The notes beneath the pieces were generated by a model, which was not told the DNA's origin, did not search any database, and saw only the letters and a program-made list of their open reading frames with translations. A stretch of 57,474 nt of DNA from Candidatus Omnitrophota bacterium (GTDB lineage: Bacteria > Omnitrophota > Gorgyraeia > JABMRJ01), in NCBI GenBank assembly GCA_013202745.1, contig JABMRJ010000030.1, positions 1-57,474 on the forward strand, given 5' to 3'. Of this stretch, positions 18,427 through 28,175 are shown in pieces. The number at the start of each line of letters is the position of its first letter. Within the stretch, counting starts at the first letter, position 1. Made by a program: the position numbers and the translations under genes.

Positions 18427-19573
18427 TTAAGTATTTATCGGCTACGTTTGACCAATCCAGGCCTTCTGTCTTTGCCAAGACGTTTCTTTTTATCCTTTTA
18501 TAAAGCCCTCTATCATCCATAATAGCGCTTATGTTTTCTGCCATACCCTCAAAGTCATGTTTCCCGCAAAGCAGGCCCGTATCATTATGCGTAACCATGT
18601 CCCTTACCCCATCAACATCTGTAGATATTATGGGCAGCCCCGCTGCCATCGCCTCGGTTATAACGGTGCTGCATCCTTCTATAAGAGTAGGTAGAACAAA
18701 GAGGTCCGCGGCCTTATAAATATCCACCAATTCCCTGCTTGGAAAATCCCTCCGGCTTTCTGTACCGCCATCAGTGAGACTCTCCTTTACTACTAAAAAG
18801 CGGCCCACGCCTTCCTTTCGTGCCATCCTGGCTATTTTTTCATTACCGCGCCCTATTAAGAGCCATACAAAATCATCCCTCTTTTTCGAAAGGGATTTAA
18901 TAATATACGGTATCTTGTCAAAACCCTTCTTAGAATGATTTCTCCCTACTGTAAGAATAACTTTTTTGAAAGCATCGATGCCGAGTCTCTTTCTTGATGT
19001 ATCTCTGTCTGCAGCAGCGCCAAAAAAGCCCTTATTGACACCATTGGGAATGTAAAAGATCTTTTCATTGCTAACCCCTATGCTTAAATAATCTCTGGTT
19101 ATGCTGTCAATTATAGATATGTGGCCGTTAAACTGCGGGTAATACCTTCTTATTAAAAAATTAGGCCATCTGCGTAGACGTATGCCGTATTTTATTTCAG
19201 GTTCTGTCTGTATATCCTCTCCTGAACACCTCAAGACACAAGGTATCTTATTCTTCCTAAAAAAATCTATTGCAGCAACACCAAAAGGATAGCCTATCGT
19301 AACCTGCCATATATCAAACTGATGTAGTCTCTGTATGCGTTCGAGCTGTCTTACAAAATATATATTTCTTATAAAGGGAAACGCTGAAAGAAAGACAGAC
19401 CTTGGCTTAAGATGTATAACCTCGTAACTCAAGGGCAATGGAGCACTCTTTTTTGGTGCTATGACCTTAACCGTATGCCCCTTCTTTGTCTGCTCACTTG
19501 CTATATTATGGACACAAATCTCTGCACCGCCCTTGGAGGGCAGGAATGTTGAGATTAAGTGGGCTATTTTCAT
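18389..19573 (-). CDS. Glycosyltransferase family 4 (GT-B)
   Basis: ..MKIAHLISTFLPSKGGAE.. and ..PTLIEGCSTVITEAMAAGLPIIST.. (E-x7-E motif). Confidence 0.85.
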   Translation of the reverse strand: MKIAHLISTFLPSKGGAEICVHNIASEQTKKGHTVKVIAPKKSAPLPLSYEVIHLKPRSVFLSAFPFIRNIYFVRQLERIQRLHQFDIWQVTIGYPFGVAAIDFFRKNKIPCVLRCSGEDIQTEPEIKYGIRLRRWPNFLIRRYYPQFNGHISIIDSITRDYLSIGVSNEKIFYIPNGVNKGFFGAAADRDTSRKRLGIDAFKKVILTVGRNHSKKGFDKIPYIIKSLSKKRDDFVWLLIGRGNEKIARMARKEGVGRFLVVKESLTDGGTESRRDFPSRELVDIYKAADLFVLPTLIEGCSTVITEAMAAGLPIISTDVDGVRDMVTHNDTGLLCGKHDFEGMAENISAIMDDRGLYKRIKRNVLAKTEGLDWSNVADKYLNVYEEIIRREKG

Positions 19574-19743
19574 ATTCTATTCTTAGGCCTCCATGCCGTC
19601 AAAGAATATCCTGCTGGGCATCCGGCCCCTTGTGCGCCATCTTCTTACCGGCCCCAAGCAGCCTATCCTTGTCTATCGCTACATTTTTACGTGAGATAAC
19701 TGATAATACCCCGCACATTCTTTATATCCCGCCTTCAAGCGCT
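19574..19743 (-). promoter_or_regulatory. Only sizeable intergenic spacer; candidate internal promoter or leader for the downstream (leftward) genes
   Basis: A 170-nt gap between the ABC transporter stop (TAA 19744-19746) and the GT4 start (19573). It looks more GC-rich than its surroundings. A GGAGG lies about 14 nt upstream of the ATG. I could identify no convincing -35/-10 pair or terminator hairpin by eye. Confidence 0.2.
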
Positions 19744-21504
19744 TTAAATCTTCTGCAGTTCATAAAGCTGATAAAATTTGGTATCTTTATTTACACAAAG
19801 CTCATCAAAGGTGCCTTCTTCAACTATCCTGCCGTTATCCATTACATATATATAATCTGCCTTTTTAATTGTAGAAAGCCTATGCGCTATAATTAAAATT
19901 GTTTTTTCACCTTTAAACTCCTGGAGGTTTTCATGAATCCTCTGCTCAGACTTGCTATCCAAAGAACTTGTCGCCTCGTCCAGTATGAGAAGTTTTGTAT
20001 TTTTGTATAATTCACGGGCTATCGTTATCCTCTGCCTCTGTCCTCCTGAAACATCGAGCCCGTTGTCGCTGAGCATTCCGTCTTCCTTCTCAGAAAGGCC
20101 GTTTACAAAACTTGTTATATGCGCAATCTCTATCACTTTCTTTAACTTATCGTAGTCAATATTCTCATCCCATAAAGATATATTATCCTTTATGCTTGCA
20201 TTAAAGACTATATCTTCTTGAGTAACATATCCGATATTTTCTCTTAATGCCTTGATATTCAGTCTCTTGTAATTCACGCTGCCAAACATAACTTGTCCAC
20301 TTATCGGCCTCAAAACACCTGCAACCATATTTGCGATAGTCGATTTGCCGGAACCGGAATGGCCAACGACAGCTACTACCGACTTCGGCTTAATCTGAAT
20401 ATTTACATCATCAAGAGCTCTCTTGCCGTTTGGAAAGGTCAGGTTGACATCCTTGAATACTATCTCTCTATCGAATTCCGGCAAGGCGCCATCCAGATTC
20501 AGCTTCTCTTTGTTTTCGTTCAACTCTTTTTCCAAGCTATTAAAGACATCTATGCTGCCCGTTGCTGCCAGAAATTTCCTGTAGTGTAGCTGCATATTTA
20601 AAAACTGCCTTGCAACCTGCAGGAAGAGAAATATAAGGAATATCACTTCGCTCACACTTTTTCTTAGAATGCTCACATGATAAAATAAAATGGCTACTAT
20701 AACAAGTACGAGTAAAGGCTCAAAGATATTTTTAGCCAAAGCCTGCAGCAGGTACATCCTATACCGCAAGCAAGCAATCTTTTTATTTTCTTTTTCCACT
20801 ATTTTTGAAATCCTGCCATGTGAAGATGTAGCTTTGAAATACTTAAATTTGGTTAAGGCCTGAATAGTGGCGGACTGGAATTTACCGTATGAATGACTCA
20901 ATTCCCCGGATAACTTATTTGTAATTAAATTAAAGCCCCTGGCAAGGATAATAAGTAAGGGGCTTACAGTTGCAAGGATCAGCGTAGCCTTGGGGTTTAG
21001 TAATATCGATAATGCGATATAGACTATTGCATAGAAGGCACAGCTCAGCGTCTGTGAAAATGTGCTGAAGGACTCAACTACACAGCTTACCTCCCGCATA
21101 AGCGCGTTATTTATATAGCCTACCTCCTTTTGGAGCAGATAAAGATAGTCTGCTTCAAGGATATTCTTAAGCACTCTCTGTCTTAGCGTAATAGTTAGAT
21201 TAGAAGAAATCCTGCCGAAATACCTTGCGTAAGCTATAAGAAATACGGACCTTAACACAAAAAAGATCAGTATGAGCCACAAGAATGCCGTAAAGGAAAA
21301 AACTATACCCAAACTGCCGAATATTGCCTTTAATATTTGAGACAGTCTGTTTTCGCCAAACCCATCCTGCAGTATAGGCAAAAAGAGGGTTATACCTATA
21401 CCTTCAAAAAAAGCAACTACAGACATAAAGATCAAAAGGTAATAGAGCTTTCGCCCGAGAAGTTTTCTAAATTGCGTAAAATATTCAACAAAATATTTAA
21501 TCAT
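19744..21504 (-). CDS. ABC transporter, fused permease/ATPase half-transporter (MsbA/PglK-like; candidate lipid-linked glycan flippase or exporter)
   Basis: N-terminal six-helix TMD. Walker A is ..GHSGSGKST.., the signature is ..VSGGQRQRITIAREL.., Walker B is ..LLILDEATSSLD.., and the H-loop is ..IAHRLS.. Confidence 0.9.
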   Translation of the reverse strand: MIKYFVEYFTQFRKLLGRKLYYLLIFMSVVAFFEGIGITLFLPILQDGFGENRLSQILKAIFGSLGIVFSFTAFLWLILIFFVLRSVFLIAYARYFGRISSNLTITLRQRVLKNILEADYLYLLQKEVGYINNALMREVSCVVESFSTFSQTLSCAFYAIVYIALSILLNPKATLILATVSPLLIILARGFNLITNKLSGELSHSYGKFQSATIQALTKFKYFKATSSHGRISKIVEKENKKIACLRYRMYLLQALAKNIFEPLLVLVIVAILFYHVSILRKSVSEVIFLIFLFLQVARQFLNMQLHYRKFLAATGSIDVFNSLEKELNENKEKLNLDGALPEFDREIVFKDVNLTFPNGKRALDDVNIQIKPKSVVAVVGHSGSGKSTIANMVAGVLRPISGQVMFGSVNYKRLNIKALRENIGYVTQEDIVFNASIKDNISLWDENIDYDKLKKVIEIAHITSFVNGLSEKEDGMLSDNGLDVSGGQRQRITIARELYKNTKLLILDEATSSLDSKSEQRIHENLQEFKGEKTILIIAHRLSTIKKADYIYVMDNGRIVEEGTFDELCVNKDTKFYQLYELQKI

Positions 21505-21516
21505 TTTTATACCATC

Positions 21517-22623
21517 CTATGAATTGATATGTTTCTTTACTATCTGGCAGACCCTATTGCAAAATTCATCTCTGCCTTTACCAAAAATATAATACTGATA
21601 GTTTTCCTGTGCCTGGGCCGCTATCCTCTCCACCGTCTTTGGACTCGTGAGGAGCTCATCGATCCGCGTCTCAAGGTCCGAAAAATCCCACTCGCATTTG
21701 ACATATGTCTCGCCATCCTTATATATATCAGGCCATGTTCTTACATGGTCCATATCAGGTTTTATAAGAAGCGCTCCGCTTATTATAGTCTCAAAATCTC
21801 TATAGCAGACCTCCCCCAGGCCAAACGGGCTGATGCTCAATTTTGCGTTCTGCAGTTCTCTATAATAAGAGAACCTATTTGTAAAATCTGTATTTACACT
21901 AAACTTTTTCAGCCTATTTGCAAGGAGTCCTCTGTGAAAAGCGACAAAATTTCTATCATGGCTAAATCCAAGTCTTGCAGTAATGTCTAAACTCCTTTTT
22001 CTGCCTGCCGGAGTAAACCTCGCAGCATACTCTATATTAAACGGCAAATGCCTTTTTAGGCGTGAAGCAACTACGCCCAATATCCTGAAATTCGTACTAA
22101 GTAATCCGTAATCATTGAGGCCCGAATTCCATGAAATACCTATTTTTTCTATGTGCGCAGGATCAAGCGGTTTCGCTACATATGGGCTTACCTTCTCATG
22201 GGTTATCCTGAATTTCCTGTAGTAATAGTCAGCGTAGATTCTGTAGCCATGATAATCGTTTAGATACATCATAGGGTCTTTCAATATCTGGTTCTTGTAA
22301 TAACCATCTACATAAGGCATAAGCTTAAACTGCGGCGTGCCGGTTGAGTCTGAAGTATCGAACCACAATACCGCCTTGGCATGCTGTCTGAATCTGTTTA
22401 GGATATCATAAACATCATCCTCATAATCGAACCACCAATCCCAGAAATATTTACTATCGATAAACATCGCGTCGCACTCAAGGAGCTCTTTTTTCTTATG
22501 TGAATAGTACAAAGCAACATCTATCCCTTTATCTGCAAGTATTTTTCTGTTTACCAGAAGAGGAAAACTGAACGCCAGAGAGTTCAGATAATTTGGTGTC
22601 GTCAGTATATTTACCTTTAACAT
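21517..22623 (-). CDS. Hypothetical protein, weak resemblance to the C-terminal half of a GT-B glycosyltransferase (CgeB / Glyco_trans_1_2-like)
   Basis: 368 aa, soluble. ..LSISPFGLGEVCYRDFETIISGALLIKPD..ETRIDELLTSPKTVERIAAQAQ.. resembles that family only loosely. Confidence 0.35.
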   Translation of the reverse strand: MLKVNILTTPNYLNSLAFSFPLLVNRKILADKGIDVALYYSHKKKELLECDAMFIDSKYFWDWWFDYEDDVYDILNRFRQHAKAVLWFDTSDSTGTPQFKLMPYVDGYYKNQILKDPMMYLNDYHGYRIYADYYYRKFRITHEKVSPYVAKPLDPAHIEKIGISWNSGLNDYGLLSTNFRILGVVASRLKRHLPFNIEYAARFTPAGRKRSLDITARLGFSHDRNFVAFHRGLLANRLKKFSVNTDFTNRFSYYRELQNAKLSISPFGLGEVCYRDFETIISGALLIKPDMDHVRTWPDIYKDGETYVKCEWDFSDLETRIDELLTSPKTVERIAAQAQENYQYYIFGKGRDEFCNRVCQIVKKHINS

Positions 22624-22638
22624 AAGTGTATACCGGTG

Positions 22639-23343
22639 TTATCTGGTTACCATTTTGTTTTTATAACGGCAAAATTTTTCGACTACTGCCCTGTCAATCT
22701 CTTCGCCTGCCGGAGGATGATACCCGTTATCTTTTAAATCTATATTTGTAATCTCGTATCTATTTTTAATGATAGATTTAATAACAGGTATCAGCTCATT
22801 GACTTCTGTCTCGTATATCCGCAGGTTTATGTCTTTTATCGCATCATCTTCACGCACAGGTACACCTACCCTTTTAATAACCCTGCCCGCATCCACCCTG
22901 TGGTCAATAAAATGTGCTGTCATCCCTTGCGGGATCTCTTTGAAAACCGCCCATTTGACAGCATTGAGCCCTCTATTTTCAGGAATGAGCCCTGGATGAA
23001 AATTGACTATCCCTATCTTAAATGTTTCTATTATCTCCCTCTTTAATATCCTCGCTGCTGCTATTATACCTATATCCGGCGCAATTTCTTTTAATATCCC
23101 TTGTGTCTTTTTCGAATTATGATCACCCTCCATATATTTGAAATTAAATTTTTCACATAAAGTCCTGGGATCGATAAGATCACTATCTCTGTACTTATCT
23201 TCCAAAGAACTCTTGGGAAGGTTCAGCTTAACCGGCGGAGATGCTATTACCAGATCCGGCCTTATCCCAAAGAGGGCAAGCCTATTCAGGAAATCCTGTG
23301 TTTTTTTATGCGGAAAATTGTAGGCAAAGACGACTATCTTCAT
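22639..23343 (-). CDS. Formyltransferase-family protein (Formyl_trans_N), catalytic N-x-H...D retained
   Basis: ..IGIVNFHPGLIPENRGLNAVKWAV..GMTAHFIDHRVDAGRVI.. Confidence 0.75.
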   Translation of the reverse strand: MKIVVFAYNFPHKKTQDFLNRLALFGIRPDLVIASPPVKLNLPKSSLEDKYRDSDLIDPRTLCEKFNFKYMEGDHNSKKTQGILKEIAPDIGIIAAARILKREIIETFKIGIVNFHPGLIPENRGLNAVKWAVFKEIPQGMTAHFIDHRVDAGRVIKRVGVPVREDDAIKDINLRIYETEVNELIPVIKSIIKNRYEITNIDLKDNGYHPPAGEEIDRAVVEKFCRYKNKMVTR

Positions 23344-24326
23344 ATACTTATACCCTCTCTAAGCGGGTTCTTTGTTAGAACCCTTTCCGCTTCTTCCAAT
23401 ATGTTTAACACCCTTATCCCCTCACGGCCATCTGTCCTTGGTGATTTTCTTTCAGAGATGCATTCTATAAAATGCTTGGTCTCTTCCATAAGCGGTTCCT
23501 TGTTCTCTACTTCCACCGAATAGTGCTCTGCCTTATGGGCTACAGGGATATTTCCGTTCTTCCATTCCACTTTATGCGGATAGATAAAGAGTTTCTCTTT
23601 AGTTAGGTCATCAAAGACGGCCATAGCTTCTGAACCTATAACTACCAACTTCTGCTCTTTAAAGGGGTGGAGCCAATTAACGAATATATGTGCCTTTACC
23701 TTATTTTTGAACAAAAGCGTAGTTAAAGTGACGTCAAAGATACCCTCATTCAGATAATCTTCACCAAAACAACCCACTTCGATCGGGTCGGACCCAAGCA
23801 GCATCAGTATTGCCGAAATATCGTGAGGAGCAAAGCTCCACAATATACTCTCTTCCTTTCTCAGCTTTCCGATATTTAACCGGTTTGAATAGATATAACG
23901 CACCTTCCCCAGATCACCATTATCTATGAGTTCTTTTAACTTAATAACCGCAGGATGGTACTGTAGAATATGGCCCACCATCAAGATCTTGCTTTCGTCC
24001 CTGGCTATATCCATCAGCTTCTTTCCCTGTTTATAATTTAATGCCAGCGGCTTTTCGACAAAAACATCTTTTCCGGAAAGCAGGGCCTCCCTGGCCAGTG
24101 AGTAATGCGTATCCGCCTGTGTCGCAATAGCAACCGCCTTTATTTTAGCGTCTCTAAAGATATCCTTATATGAGGTGGTATAATAAATGTCCTTGTATCC
24201 GTTCTGCATATCATCCAATTTCTCTTTATCAATGTCGCAGACCGCACAGAGTGCCTTCTGGTGATAAAATGTCCTGACTAAATTTTTTCCCCATCCTCCG
24301 CATCCTATAACTGCTATATTCTTCAT
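23340..24326 (-). CDS. Gfo/Idh/MocA-family NAD(P)-dependent oxidoreductase
   Basis: ..MKNIAVIGCGGWGKNLVRTF.. Rossmann motif, ..FVEKPLAL.., and a C-terminal alpha/beta domain of typical length (328 aa). Confidence 0.85.
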   Translation of the reverse strand: MKNIAVIGCGGWGKNLVRTFYHQKALCAVCDIDKEKLDDMQNGYKDIYYTTSYKDIFRDAKIKAVAIATQADTHYSLAREALLSGKDVFVEKPLALNYKQGKKLMDIARDESKILMVGHILQYHPAVIKLKELIDNGDLGKVRYIYSNRLNIGKLRKEESILWSFAPHDISAILMLLGSDPIEVGCFGEDYLNEGIFDVTLTTLLFKNKVKAHIFVNWLHPFKEQKLVVIGSEAMAVFDDLTKEKLFIYPHKVEWKNGNIPVAHKAEHYSVEVENKEPLMEETKHFIECISERKSPRTDGREGIRVLNILEEAERVLTKNPLREGISI

Positions 24327-24359
24327 ATCCAGCCTCTTTTCTTTTAAAATCCTGTTAAA

Positions 24360-25613
24360 CTAAGAATTTATTATTCTCCTAAAAATCTCTATTTCGTATT
24401 CTATCCTCTCATCCCAGCTTTTCAAAAGCCCTGACGATAGGCCGCGCGTCAGCACGGATAGCTCTTTTATTCTGTCATTATTTTTTAAAAGGCGCTCCAA
24501 CACTCCCGGGAGCTCCTCTAATATCCGGCCCTTGTCTATAAAGATGGCTTTATCCGATAATATCTCGGCTGTATCCAAATCGGTATGCCCTGTTTCATCT
24601 TTTTGGAATGTTACTATACACTTCCCTGCATTTATCGCTTCGAGCACTGTGTTGCACAGATTACCCATAGAACTCAATGAGACATATATATCTGTCGAAT
24701 GGAAATACTTGTAAACAATATTATGCTCCACTGCGTCTTCTATCTTTACAAAATCTTCCAGCCTATTCTTGCCAATCTCTTCTAACAGCGCGCTTTTTAG
24801 CGGGCCGTGGCCGACCATAACTGCGAAGAAATTGCTGCATCTTTTCCTTAATTCACTCAACGCCTTTACAAATAACACCGGGTTCTTGTCTTCGGCCAAC
24901 CTACTTAAAAATAGTATAATTTTGCGCTCTTTGGGAATATTATATTTTCTTCGCAAATAGCTTGTGTCATCCTTACTCAATCCGCTATCCTCGGTCCTAT
25001 CTACGCCATTCAATAAAATTTCATACGGAATTCTTTTATTAACAAATTTTTTAAAAAAGTGTTTAGCATCACTGCCGTCCTTTGAGCATATTATATATTT
25101 AAAGGGTGCTTTGAAGCTTAGATAACGAAGCGGCTCTTTGAGCCATTTCTTAAAGCCCTCCATCCTTTTTATGAGAAGACATACACCAAAAAGCCTTACT
25201 ATTACTTTTTTCCTAAAAAAAGTAGCGAATATCGCGCCGTAAACTATATTTACCCTATCTACATAAACAAGATCGTAGTCATTCTTCATAAAGATTGACA
25301 GGCAAGAAAAGAATTGCTCAATTTCATTTATGACCCTGCTTAGATACCTGCCAAGGATCGCTACATTATTGTAAGGGAGTACGTGAAACTTTACATCAGA
25401 GTTATCAAATTTATGAAATTCTCTTTTATCTATGCCCCTATGTGGGATTTTGCCCAGACATATTGCATCTACTTCCCACTCCTTATCCAGGCCCTCCAAC
25501 AATTTATAATAACCCGGCATACCAGTGGGCTGCCAGGTTTTAGTCTTAAATGATTCTAGCATAGAGGTATATATTCTAGTAATGACGAGTATCTTCGGCA
25601 TAACAGCCCTCAT
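24360..25613 (-). CDS. Glycosyltransferase, GT-B (GT4-like)
   Basis: ..LFLSRLAEDKNPVLFVKAL..VGHGPLKSAL..GNLCNTVLEAINAGKCIVTF.. Confidence 0.6.
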   Translation of the reverse strand: MRAVMPKILVITRIYTSMLESFKTKTWQPTGMPGYYKLLEGLDKEWEVDAICLGKIPHRGIDKREFHKFDNSDVKFHVLPYNNVAILGRYLSRVINEIEQFFSCLSIFMKNDYDLVYVDRVNIVYGAIFATFFRKKVIVRLFGVCLLIKRMEGFKKWLKEPLRYLSFKAPFKYIICSKDGSDAKHFFKKFVNKRIPYEILLNGVDRTEDSGLSKDDTSYLRRKYNIPKERKIILFLSRLAEDKNPVLFVKALSELRKRCSNFFAVMVGHGPLKSALLEEIGKNRLEDFVKIEDAVEHNIVYKYFHSTDIYVSLSSMGNLCNTVLEAINAGKCIVTFQKDETGHTDLDTAEILSDKAIFIDKGRILEELPGVLERLLKNNDRIKELSVLTRGLSSGLLKSWDERIEYEIEIFRRIINS

Positions 25614-27249
25614 GAAACTTAGTTATATTATTCAAGTAACATCTTGTTAAAAGTGAATTTATATGTTTAGTCTTTGTCAGATTTTTGATAAAAGCCGTAT
25701 AGCCATAAATACCATATCTTGCAAGGTCATCCTTAAAATAGTCTAAAAATTTCTTATATAGGTGATAATACCGCAATATCCACCTTAAAAAGGGTATATT
25801 TCGCCTCTTATAAATATTTTCCATAAGCATGCCGGCAAGACTCTTTCTGTCCATTTTCGGATTAAAGAGACCGTATTTATCGGAATCGGCAAGATACCTG
25901 GTGTATAATTTTTTATTGAGTTTAAAACCATAAAGCATGTCTTTCCAAAAATCCATAAACTCCACATCCCATAAAGGAAGTCTCCAATCATAACCCCAAA
26001 AGTCATAAACCCTTACAGAATTGACGATAAATTTGGATTGACGTTCCTGCCATTCCCAATATTCATAACTGGATGCCATATCCTGAACCGTCTCTTTCTT
26101 TAAATCTCTAAGAGAGTTTCTGATCTTTCTTTTAAGCATCGCGTTTAGATCTTTATCCTTCAATTTAACCGGCCAGAGACCATAATGTTTCTGCATAATA
26201 TTAGTAACCAGCTCCTTTTCGGTAAGTTTCTTTGTAGAATCAAATATATATTTCAAATGGCCGCCTGAGATAAAATCTCCAGTGTGGCCAGGCACAAAAA
26301 CAGCATTATCTGGAATAAGGGCGTTATCGCGTAATTCCTTTACTGCAGCCCAGTCATCAATGTGAGGTAGCGAGGAGAGGTTATCCGCCGAATTAAAATA
26401 AGATCTGAAGTCATTATGATTATACCATTCCCGCCATTTCCTCTCGGAATACTCTACAAAAAACCATTTATAGCCCAACGCCTTAGCTATGCGTTCACTC
26501 TTTAACGAATCTTTATTATTCTTTCGGCCGTACGAAAAACATATAACATTATCATATCCTGCCCTCTTTAGCATTGAAGCAACCAGTCTCGAATCGAGTC
26601 CGCCGCTTAAAGGGACGACGATGGTCCTTCCATTAACTCCGGATACCAGTCTTTCAAAAACATTCTGGGTAACCTTGTCCAATTCGTCAATGAGGGTATC
26701 TATAGGCTTGTGAGAAAGCTTGTGGCTTAAATAACGATAGTAGCGCTCTTTCTTAAAAATACTCTCACCATCTTCTGCTCCGCCAAGATATAGGCACTCA
26801 CCGGCCTGCAATTGTTTTATATTTTCAAAAAGTGTATCCTGGCCCGTTACATACCCTGTGCATAAAAATTCGTCTCTTGACAGTTTATCCGGGATAAGGC
26901 AGTCACATTTCTCCCTAATCCACAATGCCCGGTCTGATATATAAAAGCGATTACCTTTATTAACATAAAAGAGGGGGATGCTCCGAATGTGGTCAACTGC
27001 GGCAATACAGCTCCCCCCATCCCTTACTATGACAATAAAATTGCCGTTTAATGCTTTTATCTTCTCTTTAAAGGTGCCGAAAGTCAATTTGCCATTATGT
27101 AAAAAGGTCTTTGCTAATGACTCGGCATTAAGGAATAGGCCGTTTAAAAACCCGGAGCCGCTAACCCATATCTCTTTATCTTCTGCCTTTTGCTGATACC
27201 AGGCATATCTCTTCCTATCATCAAAATGCAGCTTTATATTAATATCCAT
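25576..27249 (-). CDS. Asparagine synthase (AsnB)-like ATP-dependent amidotransferase lacking the N-terminal catalytic Cys
   Basis: PP-loop ..VVPLSGGLDSRLVASML... The protein starts MDINIKL rather than the MC(G) expected for an Ntn glutaminase. Confidence 0.75.
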   Translation of the reverse strand: MDINIKLHFDDRKRYAWYQQKAEDKEIWVSGSGFLNGLFLNAESLAKTFLHNGKLTFGTFKEKIKALNGNFIVIVRDGGSCIAAVDHIRSIPLFYVNKGNRFYISDRALWIREKCDCLIPDKLSRDEFLCTGYVTGQDTLFENIKQLQAGECLYLGGAEDGESIFKKERYYRYLSHKLSHKPIDTLIDELDKVTQNVFERLVSGVNGRTIVVPLSGGLDSRLVASMLKRAGYDNVICFSYGRKNNKDSLKSERIAKALGYKWFFVEYSERKWREWYNHNDFRSYFNSADNLSSLPHIDDWAAVKELRDNALIPDNAVFVPGHTGDFISGGHLKYIFDSTKKLTEKELVTNIMQKHYGLWPVKLKDKDLNAMLKRKIRNSLRDLKKETVQDMASSYEYWEWQERQSKFIVNSVRVYDFWGYDWRLPLWDVEFMDFWKDMLYGFKLNKKLYTRYLADSDKYGLFNPKMDRKSLAGMLMENIYKRRNIPFLRWILRYYHLYKKFLDYFKDDLARYGIYGYTAFIKNLTKTKHINSLLTRCYLNNITKFHEGCYAEDTRHY

Positions 27250-27263
27250 AATTTACACCTGAA

Positions 27264-28175
27264 TTAATTCTTTTTGTAAAAATCACTGCTATACAGATCC
27301 TCTCCGGGATGTTCAAAATAGAGACTGCATAGATCCAGATATTCTCTTGCAGGTAATACAAAGAAGGCCTCTGCGTATCCCGGCCTGTTTGTCTTTAGAA
27401 AACGGCTGTTGAAGGCATTCAGCCCGCGTGTATAATGCGCCCAGTCTCTGCTTTTCTTTCTCGCCTGACAGAGGTCTATTAAATCTGTCTTTTTGTCCAT
27501 CACGTCTGTTATATCTACCACTACATTGGGCAGCACCGTAGAGTAGACCTGGTAAGCCCAGATATCAAAATTTAAATCTCTGGAAGACTTAAACGATTCG
27601 TAAAAGAGCTGCGCGCTGCGCCTGTGATCATCATGATCATCGGCAATAAAAGGCAGGAATATTATGTCCGGCCTCAAATCCATAAAGAGATCTTTAAGCC
27701 TCTTTATGGCATTTTCATCTACCTTAATCCCCCCGCTTAGATACCGCCAAAATTCTATCTCTGTGCCTAAACTTCCCGCTACTCTCTTTGCGTCTTCTTC
27801 AAATTCTAATGCCTGAGACGCTGGCGTTTCTCCTTCTTTGTCGATTGAAGACCATTTATCGCTTGAAGTCAAGTATACTACCTTAACTCTGGATCCGTTT
27901 TCCATCAGCTTAAGCATAGCCCCTCCTGATGATATGATATCGTCATCCGGGTGCGGGGCTATCACCAGTGCCCTTTTCGCGTCAGGTTTTGGCATTATGA
28001 TAGGATTTATATTCTGAGAAAAACGCTTTGTCTCCAAAACCTTTCCCATGACATTCAGGTCTTTTAAAGAGATCCAGTCCTTCAAGATAAACTTGTAATG
28101 AGATCTGGATGCCGCAAGCATTGCAAGTTTCCTGATAAAATCTTTTAGTCGCGCCAGTTTAGCCGATAATGTCAT
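27264..28175 (-). CDS. PIG-L/LmbE-family N-deacetylase
   Basis: ..LVIAPHPDDDIISSGGAMLKL.. and ..ADDHDDHRRSA.. Confidence 0.8.
   Translation of the reverse strand: MTLSAKLARLKDFIRKLAMLAASRSHYKFILKDWISLKDLNVMGKVLETKRFSQNINPIIMPKPDAKRALVIAPHPDDDIISSGGAMLKLMENGSRVKVVYLTSSDKWSSIDKEGETPASQALEFEEDAKRVAGSLGTEIEFWRYLSGGIKVDENAIKRLKDLFMDLRPDIIFLPFIADDHDDHRRSAQLFYESFKSSRDLNFDIWAYQVYSTVLPNVVVDITDVMDKKTDLIDLCQARKKSRDWAHYTRGLNAFNSRFLKTNRPGYAEAFFVLPAREYLDLCSLYFEHPGEDLYSSDFYKKN

Noticed and set aside
8022-21504. Possible RiPP (peptide natural product) system: two radical SAM/SPASM enzymes, a B12-radical SAM enzyme, a transglutaminase or cysteine-protease-like protein and an ABC transporter.
   Set aside because: There is no room for a precursor peptide gene, since the gaps here are 3-17 nt and I see no small same-strand ORF. 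The ABC transporter has no N-terminal C39 peptidase domain. All neighbours are glycan enzymes (Wzy_C, FkbM, GT4). A carbohydrate role fits the context better, although I cannot exclude peptide chemistry without searches.
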